From Chiloscyllium plagiosum (lineage: Eukaryota), in the NCBI RefSeq assembly GCF_004010195.1, contig NC_057720.1, positions 36,336,140 through 36,400,139 on the forward strand: a stretch of 64,000 nt of DNA, in the 5' to 3' direction. The first letter of the stretch is position 1, and every line of letters starts with the position of its first letter. The notes under the pieces are model-generated. The model saw only the letters and a list, made by a program, of their open reading frames with translations. It was not told the origin of the DNA and ran no database searches. A program made the translations under genes and the position numbers. Of the stretch, positions 27,780 through 41,689 are shown in pieces.

Positions 27780-29140
27780 ATAACTACAGGTGAGATACGA
27801 GATGACTGCAGAATGTCTACTGTTATGCCTTTGCTTAAGAAGGGTGTTAGGAGAATCCTAGGAACTACAGAACTGGGAGTTTGACTTCAGTGGGTAAATT
27901 GATGGAAATGATTCTGAAAAGGTAGAATGTATATGCATTTGGTGAGGCAAGGAATAATTAGGGACAGTCGGCATGTTTTGTGGAAGGGAAATTGGGTCTC
28001 GCAAACCTGATCGAGTGTTTTGAAGAAGTAACCAGGAAGATTGATGAGGACAGAGCAGGAAACGTTGTTTATGTGGACTTGGAGTAAAGCCTTTGACAAG
28101 GTTCCGCATGGTAAACCAATTAATAAAATTAGATCACATGGGATTCAGCGTGAGCTTGCCAACTGGATACAAAATTGGCTTGAAGACAGGTCACAGAAGA
28201 TGGAGGACGGGGTTTGTTTTTCAGACTGGAAGCCTGTCACCAGCATGGTTCCACAGGGATTGGTGCTGGGTCCACTTTTCTTTGTCATTTATTTAAATGA
28301 TTTAGATTTGAATATAGAAGACACCGTTCATAAGCTTGTGGATGACACCAAAATTGATGGCATAGTTGACAGTGAATTAAGTTTCCTATGATTACAAAGA
28401 GATCTCAATCAATTGGGCTGTGGCAGATGGGGTTTAATTTGAATAAATGTGAGGTACTGCATTTTGGTAAAACAAACAAGGATAGGAATTATACAATTAA
28501 TGGTAGGGCCCTAGGTAGTGTTGCAGAACAGAGAGACCTTGGGGTTCAGGCACATAATTCTTTAAAGTTTGCATCACACATAGATAGGGTGGTTAAGAAG
28601 GTAAGCATGCTAAACATGTTCATTGCTCAGACCTTTGAGTGTGGGATTTGGGATGTTATGTTGAGGTTGTACAGGACTTTGGTGAGATTTACCAGGATGT
28701 TGCCAGGGACGGAGGGTTTGAGTTATAAGGAGAGGCTGGACAGGTTGGGACCTTTTTTCACCAGAGCGTAGGAAATTGAGGGATGCCTTCATCAAGGGGT
28801 ATGGATAATGTGAATCGCAGATGTCTTTTCCCTAGGGTGGGTGATTTCAAGTCTCGGGGACATATTTTTAAGGTGAGAGGAGAAAGATTTTAAAAAAAAG
28901 ATGAAAGGCAATTTTTTTTTAGAAACAGAGATGGTTCATGGTGAAATTAACCAGAGGAAATGTGGATGCAGGTGCAGTTATGTTTAAGAGACATTTAGAT
29001 AAGTACATGACTAAGAAATGTTTGGAGGGATATGGGCCAAGCTCGGGCAGGTGGGACTAATTTAGTTTGAGATTATGATTGGCATGGACTGGTTGGACTG
29101 AAGGGTCTGTTTCTGTGCTGTACATCTCTATGACTCTCAG
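27780..29140 (+). mobile_element. Decayed CR1 RT and 3' end
   Basis: [29 protein letters not shown]; tail ctctatgactct. Confidence 0.85.
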
Positions 29141-29997
29141 CGAGAGTTTTAGATCTCTGGGACAGACTCGAGGGAGGACAGTATGTGTACAAGCCGGGTG
29201 GGTTGCACCTAAACAGGGCTAGCACTCAGTTCCTTGAAGAGCGTTTTACTAATGCTGCTGAGAGGGCTTTAGACTAACTTAGCAGAGGTATAGGAATCAA
29301 GAGAGAATATTAGAGAAGAATAGAAGGGCTCACAAAATACGTCAAGAGATAGTTGGCAGGACCATAGAGAATAGTGTGTCAATAGGTGAAGTTGGAGTAA
29401 GGGAGAAATGAATGACGTCTAAATCAAGATTACTGTGCATCTATATGAATGTACAGATAATATATATATAGTAAACATTTACAGATTGCCATTTACAAAT
29501 ATGAAGCCCTGGCTTAAGAAAGGGCAATTCTGGGTGTTAAATATTGCTGGGTACAAGGCACTCGGAAAAGGAGAAGAGGGAAAGAAAGTGGCAAAAAGAT
29601 TGAAGAATCGAAAATATCATACCCTTATTCAAAAAAGGTTGCAAGGATAAGCCCAGCAATTACAGTCCAATCAGTTTAACTTCAATGGTAAAAAAGCTTC
29701 TGGAAACAAATATCGTGGATAAATTAGTAGTCAATGGAATAAAGTGAATTAACATAGGAAAGCCAACATGGTCTTCTAAAGGGTAAATCATATTTAATTA
29801 ACTTGGAGATTTTGTTAGAAGAGGTAACAGAAAGGGTTGATGAGACTAATGCATGGTTAGAAAGCTTTTGATAGTGATACACTACAGATTTGTGAGGAAA
29901 GTGATGGCTCATGAAATACAAGTATATTACCAACATGGATTTTTTAAAAATTGAGTGATAGGCAACAGAGTAATGGTCAATTAGTATTTTTGGGGAC

Positions 29998-30247
29998 AGG
30001 CGACTGACTGTGTGGAGTTTGCACGTTCTCCCCGTGTCTGCGTGGGTTTCCTCCGGGTGCTCCGGTTTCCTCCCACAGTCCAAAGATGTGCAGGTCAGGT
30101 GAATTGGCCACGTTAAAATTGCCCGTAGAGTTAGGTAAGGGGTAAATGTAGGGGTATGGGTGGGTTGCGCTTCGGCAGGTCGGTGTGGACTTGTTGGGCC
30201 GAAGGGCCTGTTTCCACACTGTAATGTAATGTAATCTAATCTAATCT
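29998..30247 (+). mobile_element. 5'-truncated young V-SINE
   Basis: V-domain and (taatg)(taatc)n tail. Confidence 0.88.
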
Positions 30248-31926
30248 TGGTGTGCAGGGGACAGTTTGTGAATGATATGAACAGTGATTCTGACAGGTGG
30301 TGGTTCTTCACCCAGAAGTAGGAAATAAATAATTTTTATATCAAAATCAGAAAGCTAGTTGAGTCGTACAATTTTTATATGCCTGTTAATGGTTAATTCA
30401 GCAATGGCCTGCATGTTGACACAGGTCATCTGACCATCTGCTCCACCAAACAATAATACGTATTGCTCGTAATAGAAGAAATCATTTATGAATAAAGAAC
30501 ACATGCAGTTTGAATTGTAGGTAATACTTTAGAAGTTATTCCACATTTAATTTTGCCCCCTTTAACATTTTCTCACTGATATTAACATGAAACAATGAGG
30601 CCTGTAACCTCGTTTAGCGACATTTGTTTTAATGTGGTTTCTTACCAGTCTGACAAAGGGCCACACAATCAGATTTGTACCATGATCTTCCACCCCCTCT
30701 CTCTCACACCACACCACTCTTACCCCAGCTGCAGTCTCTGTGTTCACAAACTAGTCTCTTGATTAACATCCCATACCTGGACTCATCCTCCCACTACTTT
30801 CATCTCCTGAATCTGTATTCATTGTTCAAGATACAAAACAAATCCAAAGCTGGAAGTTCAGCATTATGCAAGTACTGATCCCAATGGTTTGATATTAAGC
30901 TGGAGCTGTTAAAATTCATGTCTTTTTGAATGCTTTCCCTCACCACTTCCTTTTCCTGAACCACCACTGTGAGCAAGGTTTTACTGATGAATAACAAGAG
31001 GAGCAATTTTGACTGTCATTTAAAAAAAAGTGATTGCCATGTTTGCATCCTCAAAAACTGTAAATCCACACCATGATTCTGGCTTCAGATCAGATCTGGA
31101 TTTTGAACAGGAAAAGGCACAAAGGCTCAGGAGAGGGGAAAGAGCAAAACATTGAATCAGGGAATGAAGTTTGGTGAGAGGATGAGTCAGGGAGGCAGAG
31201 AGATTGCACCTCAGAGGGTCAGGGACAAGATGATTTGCAGCAATCAACAGGGTAGGGAGGGAGATTTGGGAAACAGGATCAGCAGCAAGTAGGAGATATC
31301 ATACATTTTTACATATTTTAAAGCATTTCATGTTTAAAAAGGTACTTTGTTTACAAAATTTAGCAATATAACGAATTTTGACTATCATGGTAAGATGCGT
31401 TAATCTTTTGTTTCTGCTAAGGAGGGTCTTACTATAACATTTGCACTATTCTAATGGGAAAGCATGATCCGCTTGAAGTCATAAGACAACAGCTCTCTTG
31501 GCCATCGCATCTGCGCCAGTCAAAAACTATTCTAATCCCATTTTACAGCACTTGGCCCATTGCCTTGTATGCTTTCGCACCACAAGTGCATATCTAAGTA
31601 TTTCTTAAATGTTTAGATGGCTTCTGCCTCTACCACCATAACAGGCACTGAATTCCAGATTCCCACCACCCTCTGGGCGAAAAATATTTTCCTCACATCT
31701 TCTCTAAACTTTCTGCCCTTAACTTAAATCTATGCCCTCTGGTCATTGATCCCTCCATCAAGAGGAATTTTTATTTTCCTGTCTATGCCCCTCATTATTT
31801 TATACATCTCAATCATGATCCCCCCCCTCAGTCTCCTCCGTTCCAAGGAAAACAACCAAGTCTGTCCAATCTCTCTTCATAACTGAAACCCTCCAACCTA
31901 GTTAACATCCTGGTAAATGTTCTCTG

Positions 31927-32730
31927 ACCCCACCCCTCCAACCGTAACAGGGACAGAATGCCCCTGGTGCTCACCTTCCACCCTATCAACCTTCGCATAA
32001 ACCAAATCATTAGCCGACATTTCCGCCACCACCAAAAAGACCCCACCACCAGGGATATATTTCCCTCCCCACCCCTTTCCGCATTCCGCAAAGACCGTTC
32101 CCTCCGTGACTACCTGGTCAGGTCCACGCCCCCCTACCACCCACCCTCCCATCCTGGCACTTTCCCCTGCCACCGCAGGAACTGTAAAACCTGCGCCCAC
32201 ACCTCCTCCCTCACCTCCATCCAAGGCCCCAAAGGAGCTTTCCACATCCACCAAAGTTTTACCTGCACATCCACTAATATCATATATTGTATCCGTTGCT
32301 CCCGATGCGGACTNNNNNNNNNNNNNNNNNNNNNNNNNNNNNNNNNNNNNNNNNNNNNNNNNNNNNNNNNNNNNNNNNNNNNNNNNNNNNNNNNNNNNNN
32401 NNNNNNNNNNNNNNNNNNNNNNNNNNNNNNNNNNNNNNNNNNNNNNNNNNNNNNNNNNNNNNNNNNNNNNNNNNNNNNNNNNNNNNNNNNNNNNNNNNNN
32501 NNNNNNNNNNNNNNNNNNNNNNNNNNNNNNNNNNNNNNNNNNNNNNNNNNNNNNNNCCCTCCTCTAGCTTATCTCTCCACGCTTTAGGCTCTCTACCTTT
32601 ATTCTTGATGAAGGGCTTTTGCCCGAAACATCGATTTTACTGCTCCTCGGATGCTGCCTGAACTGCTGTGCTCTTCCAGCACCACGAATCCAGAATCTGG
32701 TTTCCAGCATCTGCAGTCATTGTTTTTACC
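31927..32730 (+). mobile_element. Young PLE 3' part (linker, Cys motifs, GIY-YIG start; pLTR with degenerate hammerhead 32601-32636); contains a gap
   Basis: PLVLTFHP...P.SAFRKDRSLRDYLVRS...PGTFPC.R.NCKTC...FTCTSTNIIYCIRCSRCG. Confidence 0.9.
32314..32556. other. Assembly gap (243 N)
   Basis: Run of N. Confidence 1.
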
Positions 32731-32962
32731 TCTTCAATGCTATAACATCCCTCCTGTACTGTGGATTCCAGAACTTCACACAATATTCTAGATGCAGCCT
32801 AACCAATATCTTACACAATTGCAGCATAATAACTGTGCTCTTAAACTCCATGCCTCAACTAATAAAGGCAGGCTTCTTAACTATTTTATCTACCAGAGTG
32901 AGATCATACACCTCTGGAAGAGGTGGGACTTGAACCTGGGCTTTCTTGCTCTATGGTAGGGA

Positions 32963-33090
32963 CCTGATGAAGGGCTTTTGCCCAAAACGTCGATTTTCCT
33001 ACTCCTCAGATGCTACCTGACCTGCTGTGCTTTTCCAGCACCACTCTAATCTAGACTCTGAATTCCAGTATCTGCAGTCCTCACTTTTAT
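32963..33090 (+). mobile_element. PLE pLTR-like mini-element starting at a hammerhead motif (G12 mutated)
   Basis: cctgatgaagggcttttgcccaaaacgtcgatt...ctgcagtcctcactttt. Confidence 0.8.
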
Positions 33091-33230
33091 CTACCAGCCC
33101 TGATACCTTAACCAGTTCTCAGGATACGACTGCTCATCATGCATTCCCTTGCCTTGTTTGTCCTGATCAAGAGTATCACCTCACATTTAACCAGATTAAA
33201 TTTGTGTGTCACTGATGAAGTCATCTGACC

Positions 33231-33331
33231 AACAAAAACAGAAATTATGGGAAAAGCTCAGCAAGTCTGGCAGCATCTGTGGACAGAAATCAGAGTTAAC
33301 ATTTCAAGTCAAGTGACCCTTCCTCAGAACT
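33231..33331 (-). mobile_element. Second-family PLE mini-element with hammerhead motif 33294-33331
   Basis: Minus: agtt-ctgagga-a-gggtc-actt-gactt-gaaa-t-gtt-aact (4-bp stem I agtt/aact). Confidence 0.72.
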
Positions 33332-33698
33332 TCCATCTGCATTTCTTTCAGTTTTTATTTAGCTCATCTGATTAGTCAGTCCATACTCTCTGATAGTTGA
33401 AGGCTAGCCTCCTCATTATTTACCACCACTTCGCCAATGTTTTCATGATTTGTGAACTTACAGATCAACCCTCCTACATTCAAGTCTAAATCATTTACAT
33501 AAATAATGAACAAGTTGCGATTTCAAGAATAAAGTCACAACTTTAAATTAGACCTAGTTTATGAAATAAATCAAAAGACTGCTGGTACTTTACTGAACTT
33601 GCTCAATAGAAAAGAAATGCATTTATAATTTTACAGCTAACCAGATGATCTTGCATTCATTTGGATTATATTCATTCATTCACTGTTCCCTTACTCAC

Positions 33699-33857
33699 CC
33701 TGAACTGCTGGTGGTCATAGCGATCATGGATGACAATAAACCGGAGATCAAAGCGTTTGCAGAGGTCAAAGAGATGATCTGTTTCTGCTTTGGTCCATCC
33801 ATCATCATGTAGATACATCTGGTATTCCTGTTCTGAATATACAGGTACCTGGACTGT
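33699..33857 (-). CDS. DMAP1: DMAP1 coding exon 4 (TVQVPVYSEQEY...WTKAETDHLFDLCKRFDLRFIVIHDRYDHQQFR; SANT domain N-part)
   Basis: ttctcaag|ACA GTC CAG ... TTC AGG|gtgagt; 159 nt. Confidence 0.96.
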
Positions 33858-34454
33858 CTTGAGAACCACAAAAAAATTTACTCTGAATTTATTTACAACT
33901 TTTTTCAATGAAACAACAAGCTTGATATAATTTGAAGAATCACTACTGACTTTGGTTATTCCACTTCTCTCACCGATTACTTGGCAAAAGGAAGACACAT
34001 TTTTCACCTTTGCTCAAATATCAGTAACAGCTGTGCAAGATCCCAACTGATCTTATTTATAATCACATGAGCTGGTGCAAAATTGCAGCTAATACTTCAC
34101 ATGCGTCAACTTCACAAAATACCACACAGCAATCAAAGGGCAAAAGGATGTTACATTTTATTTTAACACTACAGTTTAGACAGACACATACAGAGGTATG
34201 TATATAGTGCATCAAACTAAAATGTGTTATAAAATGTTACCATTACTAATTTGTAAAACAATCTGCAGAACAATCTAGCAAACTGTCCAGAAAAAAAGGT
34301 GATGGGCTTGTATCATAGCTTCTTTTCTCAGCAATGTATAACTATGCCATTTCCCCAGCATTCTGATCCCCTCCCCTTCCCTCCCCCTCCCCCTCCCCAA
34401 CCCCAAGAAACGTGTCTTTTATAATTGTTTTGCCAACTATTAAATGTGTTCTAC

Positions 34455-34650
34455 CTTATTAAACCTTGCAAAAGGATAATCTTTGCCTTCATCTGCAAGC
34501 CGTCTCCAATGGAAAAATATTGCACCATCCTTCCTAGCTGGGTTGGTGAAAGGCATCCATTTCCACGGTCGGACCTTTTTACACCCCAACTTTGCCTTAA
34601 CAGTCCTGTACCCTTGTGTCGTGTCACTTGGAAGTAATGGAGGGGCATCC
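34455..34650 (-). CDS. DMAP1: DMAP1 coding exon 3 (DAPPLLPSDTTQGYRTVKAKLG...KDYPFARFNK)
   Basis: ttttgaaaag|G GAT GCC ... AAT AAG|gtag; 196 nt; lies within ORF 34440..34658. Confidence 0.96.
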
Positions 34651-35172
34651 CTTTTCAAAACATAAAGGAAGATTTTAAATTGTAGTTAACAAGCACAAAA
34701 ATATACCTTTATCTACAAGAAATCCTGTTAAAAATCTTTCTTCCTTATTTTCAGTTGTTAAACATTCTAGTCAGATTTGGGTAAACTGTAAATTTGTATG
34801 TTAATAATTTTCATTCAGTCTTGCTACATTCCCTCTTACTGTTAGGTTGTTGCTGGGATATTAAATCTGAGAAAGCACAGGCAATGATTCAGTTGAGAGA
34901 TGGCTAACATGCACAGCTAATGTCATCAACTGACAAGTGGAACTTAAGACTCATGGTTTTTGGAAAGTGATAGGAAGTTGCACCAAGTAAGTGACGAAAA
35001 GAAAAAGGCCAAGGATGGAACCTTTCGGAATTTGAAAGCTAATGAATACAATTGGGTAGCTAATAGTAGAACAAATCAAGCCCCACTAAAACAGACAAAA
35101 AACTGATATTGGAGGAAGAGGTATGGTTGACCACAGAGTAGGGATAGACATCTATTATATATTATGTAATAG

Positions 35173-35438
35173 CCGGGTTCAATTCCCGACTCAGGCGATT
35201 GACTGTGTGGAGTTTGCACATTCTCCCCGTGTCTGCGTGGGTTTCCTCCGGATGCTCCGGTTTCCTCCCACAGTCCAAAGATGTGCAGGTCAGGTGAATT
35301 GGCCATGCTAAATTGCCCGTAGTGTTAGGTAAAGGGGTAAATGTAGGGGAATGAGTGGGTTACGCTTCGGCGGGTTGGTGTGGACTTGTTGAGCCGAAGG
35401 GCCTGTTTCCACACTGTAAGTAATCTAATCTAATCTAA
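35173..35438 (+). mobile_element. 5'-truncated young V-SINE
   Basis: B box, V-domain, (taatc)n tail. Confidence 0.88.
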
Positions 35439-35609
35439 TACACACATACCCACGCTTCATTAAAGTACAAAAGATGAAAACAGCAGTACAACTCAAATAT
35501 AATTTGTGCCTCAGTAAGATAGCAAATGATGAATTACTTGTAGCTCATCTGAACTCAATTACTTTAGATTTCACCCATCCTTTATCGTGCATGCAATAGC
35601 CCTTAAATT

Positions 35610-35892
35610 ATAGGTTTAGGGCGAGAGGGGCAAGATATAAAAGAGACCTAAGAGGCAACTTTTTCACGCAGAGGGTGGTATGCGTATGGAATGAGCTGCC
35701 AGAGGAGATGGTGGAGGCTGGTACAATTGCAACATTTAAAAGGCATCTGGACGGATATATGAATAGGAAGGTTTTGGAGGGATAATGGCCAGGTGCTGGC
35801 AGGTAGGACTAGATTGGGTTGGGGTGTATGGTTGATATGGACGAGTTGGACCAAAGGGTCTGTTTCCATGCTGTACATCTCTAGGACTCTAT
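35610..35892 (+). mobile_element. CR1 3' end
   Basis: ttttcacgcagagggtggt...tggaatgagctgccagagga...ctgtttccatgctgtacatctct tail. Confidence 0.82.
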
Positions 35893-37724
35893 TCTGTGGG
35901 CAATTTTCTCAACTCACCAGCAATTAAGACCCTTCTTATGTGCTATGTTTAGGAAGGCCTCCAAATGCCCCAGTCTGGGATCAATAAGACACACAAATGG
36001 GGTAAGCAGAAAAAGACCTCTGAAAACAACCTCCATGCCCTTTTCTCTGCACCCCTCAATCCCAGCAAACTGAACCCCCAAAAAAGATTTTCATAAAATA
36101 CCTTCTCACCACTGGATCACATCAGAGCAGGCCTCAACCATTGGATTTTCAGACCTAGAAACAGCCAGCTTCCAATTGGCTGGAAATATCTCATGGACGA
36201 CGGTCACCATTGTTGTGGCACCTTATAACCCACTGGACTGCCCACCAGTCAGTTTCCTAAGAGGTGAGAGTTAAGTGAGGCTATCTCATTATTGTGGGTG
36301 ACATATTAGTCATCACCCAACTCAACATACCTAACCATACTTTGAGACCATCTGACTAGTTTCCACAGACTAATTATAGCTACCCTTTCATTCACTAGCT
36401 CATTTCCCTGTACAAACAAGAAAATACATTGCAGAAACAAGTGTACAGGAGGTCTTAACAATAGCACTACAGGAAGTAGGAAGCTAAATCATAAATGAGC
36501 AAGTTCAAAAAATAGATTTGGCTGAGAAATACAAAACTGGAAAAGTTACTGAAATAAAAAATGGATAGCAAGTTAATGAACAAAAGCAAAAATGTCAAAA
36601 AAAATCATGAAAGTTTGCCAACAGCCTTTAAACCGAATTTGGTTATTGATACAATTGGATCTCAGCAATCTATGGCTTGATTTTAAAATTCCCTTATTTT
36701 CAAATTTCCAAATGAGCCTGGCTTCTCTCCTCCAACTTCACAATCTTCCAAGATATCTTCATTTATTTAATGCTGATCCCTTAAGTATCCCAGAAGCTGA
36801 TCACTCCACCACTGGTCATCATGTCTGCAGCTGCCTAGATCCTGAGATTTGAACTCCCTTCTTACAACACTCTGCTTCTCTCTTTTGCCTTTAACAGATT
36901 CTTTGAAATCAACTTCTGCAAAGCTTTTGACTATCAACTGTAACACTCTTTCATGGCTAGGTGTCGAATTTTGCTTTATAACACTTCTGTGAAATATCTC
37001 AGAATGTTTGTTATATCAAACAGGACTACATAAAGTGGTTGCTTTTAAGGCCTGTTGTAAGCACTAGAAGTTAGTTCTATCGCAACAAAGGAATCAGACT
37101 TTGTGTGGGTATTGCAGCGGAGGACAGATGTGATAGACAAAGCAACACTTGTCTATCGAGACAAAATGATCAATGTTTTTCACCAAAAAAATTGATTGTT
37201 TTTATGAACAAGGAGGGATTTATACTGAACCCACCTTGTGAACAATAGTTGCTTTACAATTAATATTCAGCATGATCTAGTAAGTTACAATTTTTTCCGT
37301 TTTATTCTTTGATATGAGGTGGACATCTTTGACAAACTTAGCATTTATTGTGCATCTTTACATGACCTTGAACTGAGCGAGTTAGTAGGTCATTAAGCTC
37401 AGCATAGCCACAGTGCTGTGGGTCTAGAATCACACAAGCCAATCCAGATAAGGACAGTAGATTTCCTTTCTGAAAGGAAATTAGTCATAGTCATACAGCA
37501 TGGAAACAGACCCTTTGGTCCAATTCATCCGTCCTAACCAAACCTAGTTCCATTTGCCAGCATTTGACCCATATCCCTCTGTGAACAGGTGATGTAACTA
37601 AACAAGTAATGACTGGTTGGTGGAGTGGGCAGATAGGTGTCTGGTGAGATTCCATGCAAAGAAGTGTGAGGACCTTGGCGGGAAGAACATTGAAAGACAA
37701 TATAAAGCCATGTACAGGGCCAGA

Positions 37725-38217
37725 GAATGTGGTTAGCTCTGCTGCCTCACAGTGCCAGGAACCTGGATTCAATTTTACCCTCAAGTGATTGTCTGTGTAC
37801 ACTTTGCACATTCTCCTCGTCTGCATGGGTTTCCCTGGGTGCTCCGGTTTCCTCCCACAGTCCAAAGATGTGCAGGGTCAGGTGAATTGGCCATGCTAAA
37901 TTGCCAGTAGTGTTAGGTAAGGGGTAAATGTCGGGGTATGGGTGGGTTTCGCTTCGGCGGGTCGGTGTGGACTTGTTGGGCCGAAGGGCCTGTTTCCACA
38001 CTGTAAGTAATCTAATCTAATCTAATCTAATCTAATCTAAATTGCCCATAATGTCCAGGGGTGTGCAGACTATGTGGATTAGCCGTGGTAAATACAAAGT
38101 TACATGGATAAGGTAGGGGGGGGTTGGGTCTGGATGGAATACTCTTTGGACCATTGGTGTGGACTTGATGAGCTGACTGGCCTGCTTCCACCCTATAGGG
38201 ATTCGATTATTCTATGA
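37725..38217 (+). mobile_element. Older V-SINE with a young V-SINE 3' end nested inside (young part ends 38040)
   Basis: After (taatc)5 the older SINE resumes at a duplicated ctaaattgcc and ends in a ttctatga tail. Confidence 0.75.
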
Positions 38218-38829
38218 TTGTTTACACATATGCAAAGATCATTGAAGGTGGCAGGACAGTGGAGTACAGTTAATAAAGCATATGAATCCTCAGCTTTATT
38301 AAAAAGGGATTAGCGTACAAAAGCAAGGAGCTGATGTTGAACATATGTAATTTAGTCAGTAGACCACTTGTTAGAAAAAGAAAGCATACGTAAGGTTTAG
38401 GAAATTGAAAGGAGACAGAACCCTCAAGGAATACAAAGTTGATAGGGAAGAACTCAAAGAAGTAAGTTGGAGGGCCAAAAGGGGACATGAAATATCTTCA
38501 GCAAATAGGATTAAGGAAAATTCCAAGGTGCTTTATACAAGGAGCAAGAGGTTAGCTACGGCAAGGGTAGATCCACTCAAGAATAAAGGAGAAAGATTTT
38601 GCATGGAACCAAAGGAAATGGATGAAGCCCTTAACAAATACTTTGCATTGGTATTCATAAAGGAGAAGGGGATGGTGAGTCTCAGGAGGATATGCTGATA
38701 TTGTAGGGCACGTCAATATAAAAGAGATGTTGGTGTTTTGAAAAGCATTAAGGTAGACAAGTACCTAGCATGTGTTTGGTAGTGACATTATGCTGGGAGT
38801 GATGAAAATGGTAATGATCCCTTGGCATC

Positions 38830-39356
38830 CAGGTAGCCCACAAACCTACCAACACACTTAAACAGTAACTAATGAACTTAAAGGATCCATTAGATACCAC
38901 CAGCAAAACTAACATCATTTACAAGATACCACGCAAGCACTGTAAAAAACACTACATCGGAAAAACTAGCAGGAAACTTGCCACCAGCATACATGAATAC
39001 CAACTGGCCACCAAAAGACACAACCCACTATCACTAGACAAGAAGGACACCACCTTGACTGGGACAACACACACATCCTCAGACAGGCAAAACAAAGACA
39101 CGCATGAAAATTCTTAGAGGCATGGCATTCTATGCCGAACTCCATGAATATACACATCGACTTAAATCCTATCGAACTTCCCTTGAAAAAAAAACTGGAA
39201 ATGACATCACCCAGCTTGAGAAACTAAGACCTATATTAGAGAGGCGAGACAAACCACCAGCGCTTCACCAGAGACTCTCACTGATGATGTTACCTAGTAT
39301 GGTGATGAAACGTCTGAAAACAAACCTTCAAGCTCAGTAAGTTAACTTACAGACTT
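38830..39356 (+). mobile_element. PLE (Penelope/Poseidon-like) GIY-YIG and 3' pLTR
   Basis: KDP....KTNIIYKIP..HC...YIGKTSRKLATSIHEYQ; LEAWHS..NS.N downstream. Confidence 0.87.
39278..39317 (+). ncRNA. Minimal type-I hammerhead ribozyme motif (intact core)
   Basis: UCA-CUGAUGA-U-GUUACC-UAGUAU-GGUGAU-GAAA-C-GUC-UGA: stem I uca/uga, 6-bp stem II with G-U pairs, palindromic stem III. Confidence 0.8.
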
Positions 39357-39359
39357 AAT

Positions 39360-41200
39360 GATTCCTTGAATTTGAAGACTGATGGGGTGAAAAACAATGA
39401 CAAGGAGTACACTTTCCTGGCTCTGGGAAAAGGGGAAGGAATGAGGGTAAAACTGTAGGAAGTGGGTGGCCCGTCACCCATAGTGTTGGAGGGATGGCAG
39501 GGGGAGCCTCATTTGAGAGAGAAAGAAAGACATGCCAATGGCATTGTTATAAAAGGTAGTATCATGAGAACAGCTGTGATAAATGGAGAAATTAGGAGAA
39601 TGAAATGGAAACTTCACAGGAAGCATGGCATGAGGAACTGTAGTCGAGGTGGCTGGAGTCAGTTTGTAAAATCAGTAGACACCCTATCCCCAGAAGAGGA
39701 GACAGAGAAGACAAGAAATGTAACGGAAAAGTCAGAGATGGATCAAATGAAGGTAGGTTGGATGGAAGCTAAGAAAAATTGATAAACTTATTCAGACCTG
39801 GATGACAGCAAGCAGCAGTACTGATACAGTCACCAATGTAGTGGAGGAACAGTTGTGGGAGTGGGCTAGAGTAAACAAAATGTTCCACACACCCTTCAAA
39901 AAGGCCTGCATAACTAAGGGTTATGTGGGTACCCTTTGCCACACCTTTCACCTCAAGAAAATTAAAGGCTAAAGACAATTGTTCAAAGTGAGAATGGGCT
40001 CAGTAAGGCATAGAAAAGTGGTTGTGGAGGGATACTGTTCAAGCCTCTATTCCAGGAAAATGCAGAAAGCCCTCAGACTATCTTGATGAAGATAAAAGGT
40101 GGAGAGGGATTATATGCCCATAGTGAAGAGTAAATATTTAGGATCAGGAAACATGGAACATGATTGGCTAAATTCTGGCAAATGGCATTAGATTAATGTA
40201 GAATATCTGGTCAGTATAGACGAGTTGGACCAAAGTGTCTGTTTCTGTGCCGAACATGTTTATGACTCTAACTGAGATAGGGAGTCAGAAGAATAATGAA
40301 TGTAGTTTGAAATAACCTGAATAAAGGGATAAAAAAAATAAGTTGAGGTTGGAAGGAATCAGTTCAGATGGGATTGGAACACGCGGAAATGATGAGTCTT
40401 GTCAGGTCGGTCCCATTTGTGAAATTTAGGAAGAAAGTTAAAGTTGGCTGTTCAGAGTTCAGCGACCAACAGCTGGGAAGGTGTGGAGGGAAGATCTCAA
40501 GGGCAAACAGTTCTCAAAACAACAGCTTGATAGTCAGTGGTGGGGCTATGATACAAGGAAAATTAGAAGTGATAGAAAATTGGGCTTAGCCTATGAAAGG
40601 CAGAGGTCAATACACCAGATAACAATAGCACCAAGGCAAAAGTGAGGACTGCAGATGCTGGAAACCAGAGTTTAGATCAGAGTGGTGCTGGAAAAGCACA
40701 GCAGGTCAGGCAGATCCGAGGAGCAAGAAAATTGATGTTTCGGGCAAGGGCCTTCATCAGGAATAGATGAACAATAGCACCATCCTTGTCAATAGTTTGA
40801 TAATATCAGGATTTGACATGAAAAACAGAGTGCAGATATAGAGTGAGAGAAAGAAGCAGAGAAATTCAGGCAGACATTGTCATGCCAGCAGTTCTCAATG
40901 AAGCCAGGCGGGGGGGGGAACAGGCTTTCCAAAGTAATTAGGTACAGGGCAAAGGGAACAGAGAAGGTTTCAATGCTGTGCTGTGCCAAAATTCATTTAG
41001 GTGTGGGCATATGAGAATAAAGCCCTCAGATTGTTCAGAGTTGTAGAGCAAAAGATCAGCGGATATGGCAAATACACAACAAAAGATGGGGTTAGAAGGG
41101 ACAGATTTAGAGGGAAGAGGATGGGAACAAAAGATCCAGTGCTGTATTGGTGCACTCATTAAGTGCTGGAGCTAGTATTCCTTTACAACTGAACAGAAGA
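39360..41200 (-). mobile_element. Decayed PLE reverse transcriptase region (with later insertions)
   Basis: ORF 39769(-) GVAKGT...SYAGLF.GCVE...LFLHYIGDCI resembles PLE GxAMG..PSYA / RYIDD; an LPKFHK...IISACS-like stretch lies near 40380-40450. Confidence 0.7.
40634..40764 (-). mobile_element. ~130-bp PLE pLTR-like mini-element (degenerate hammerhead 40730-40764)
   Basis: TSD aacaatagcacca at 40621-40633 and 40770-40782; 5' end attcctgatga. Confidence 0.82.
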
Positions 41201-41689
41201 AGAAAAATATTTCCTAATAAGGTGTTGAATGAGTTGAAGAATGTAATGGAATTGGGACCAGTAAAAGTTTGGAATAGGAGGGGCTGGTGCTGACATAAGA
41301 AGGGTCTATACAAATTTACCATTCATGTATACATAAAAATTAAAAGAGTAGACTTTCTGACCCCACAAATCTATTTAACATTCAGTAAGGTCATAGTTAT
41401 CTGATTGCAGCTTCAACTCTGCATTCTGATGCACAATGGAATACATTGTGTGGAAAGTTTGTTAAATAGTTATACCTGAGGTATGTTTGAGCAAATCTAG
41501 ACTGAAATAGAAAACTTTTAAAGCAGGCAAGAATATAAAACCATTTAAAGCCTTAGAGACATTTTTAAAAAGCAACCTTTTATTGTTGTCATTCTTAGGG
41601 TTAAATGAAAGAGACAATAGCCCAAGACATATGAGGAGTAGGCACAATTGTGAATTTATGAAACACCGAAGTATCCTATAGGAATGTTG

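Larger units (their letters stand above)
31500..32890 (-). mobile_element. Old CR1 3' fragment split by the PLE at 31927-32730
   Basis: TFTRMLTRLEGFSYEERLDRLG in ORF 31828(-); CR1 sequence resumes after 32730. Confidence 0.72.

Noticed and set aside
33858..34652. AAG acceptors at exons 3 and 4
   Set aside because: Less common but canonical; frames and exon lengths fit, so there is no evidence of unusual splicing.
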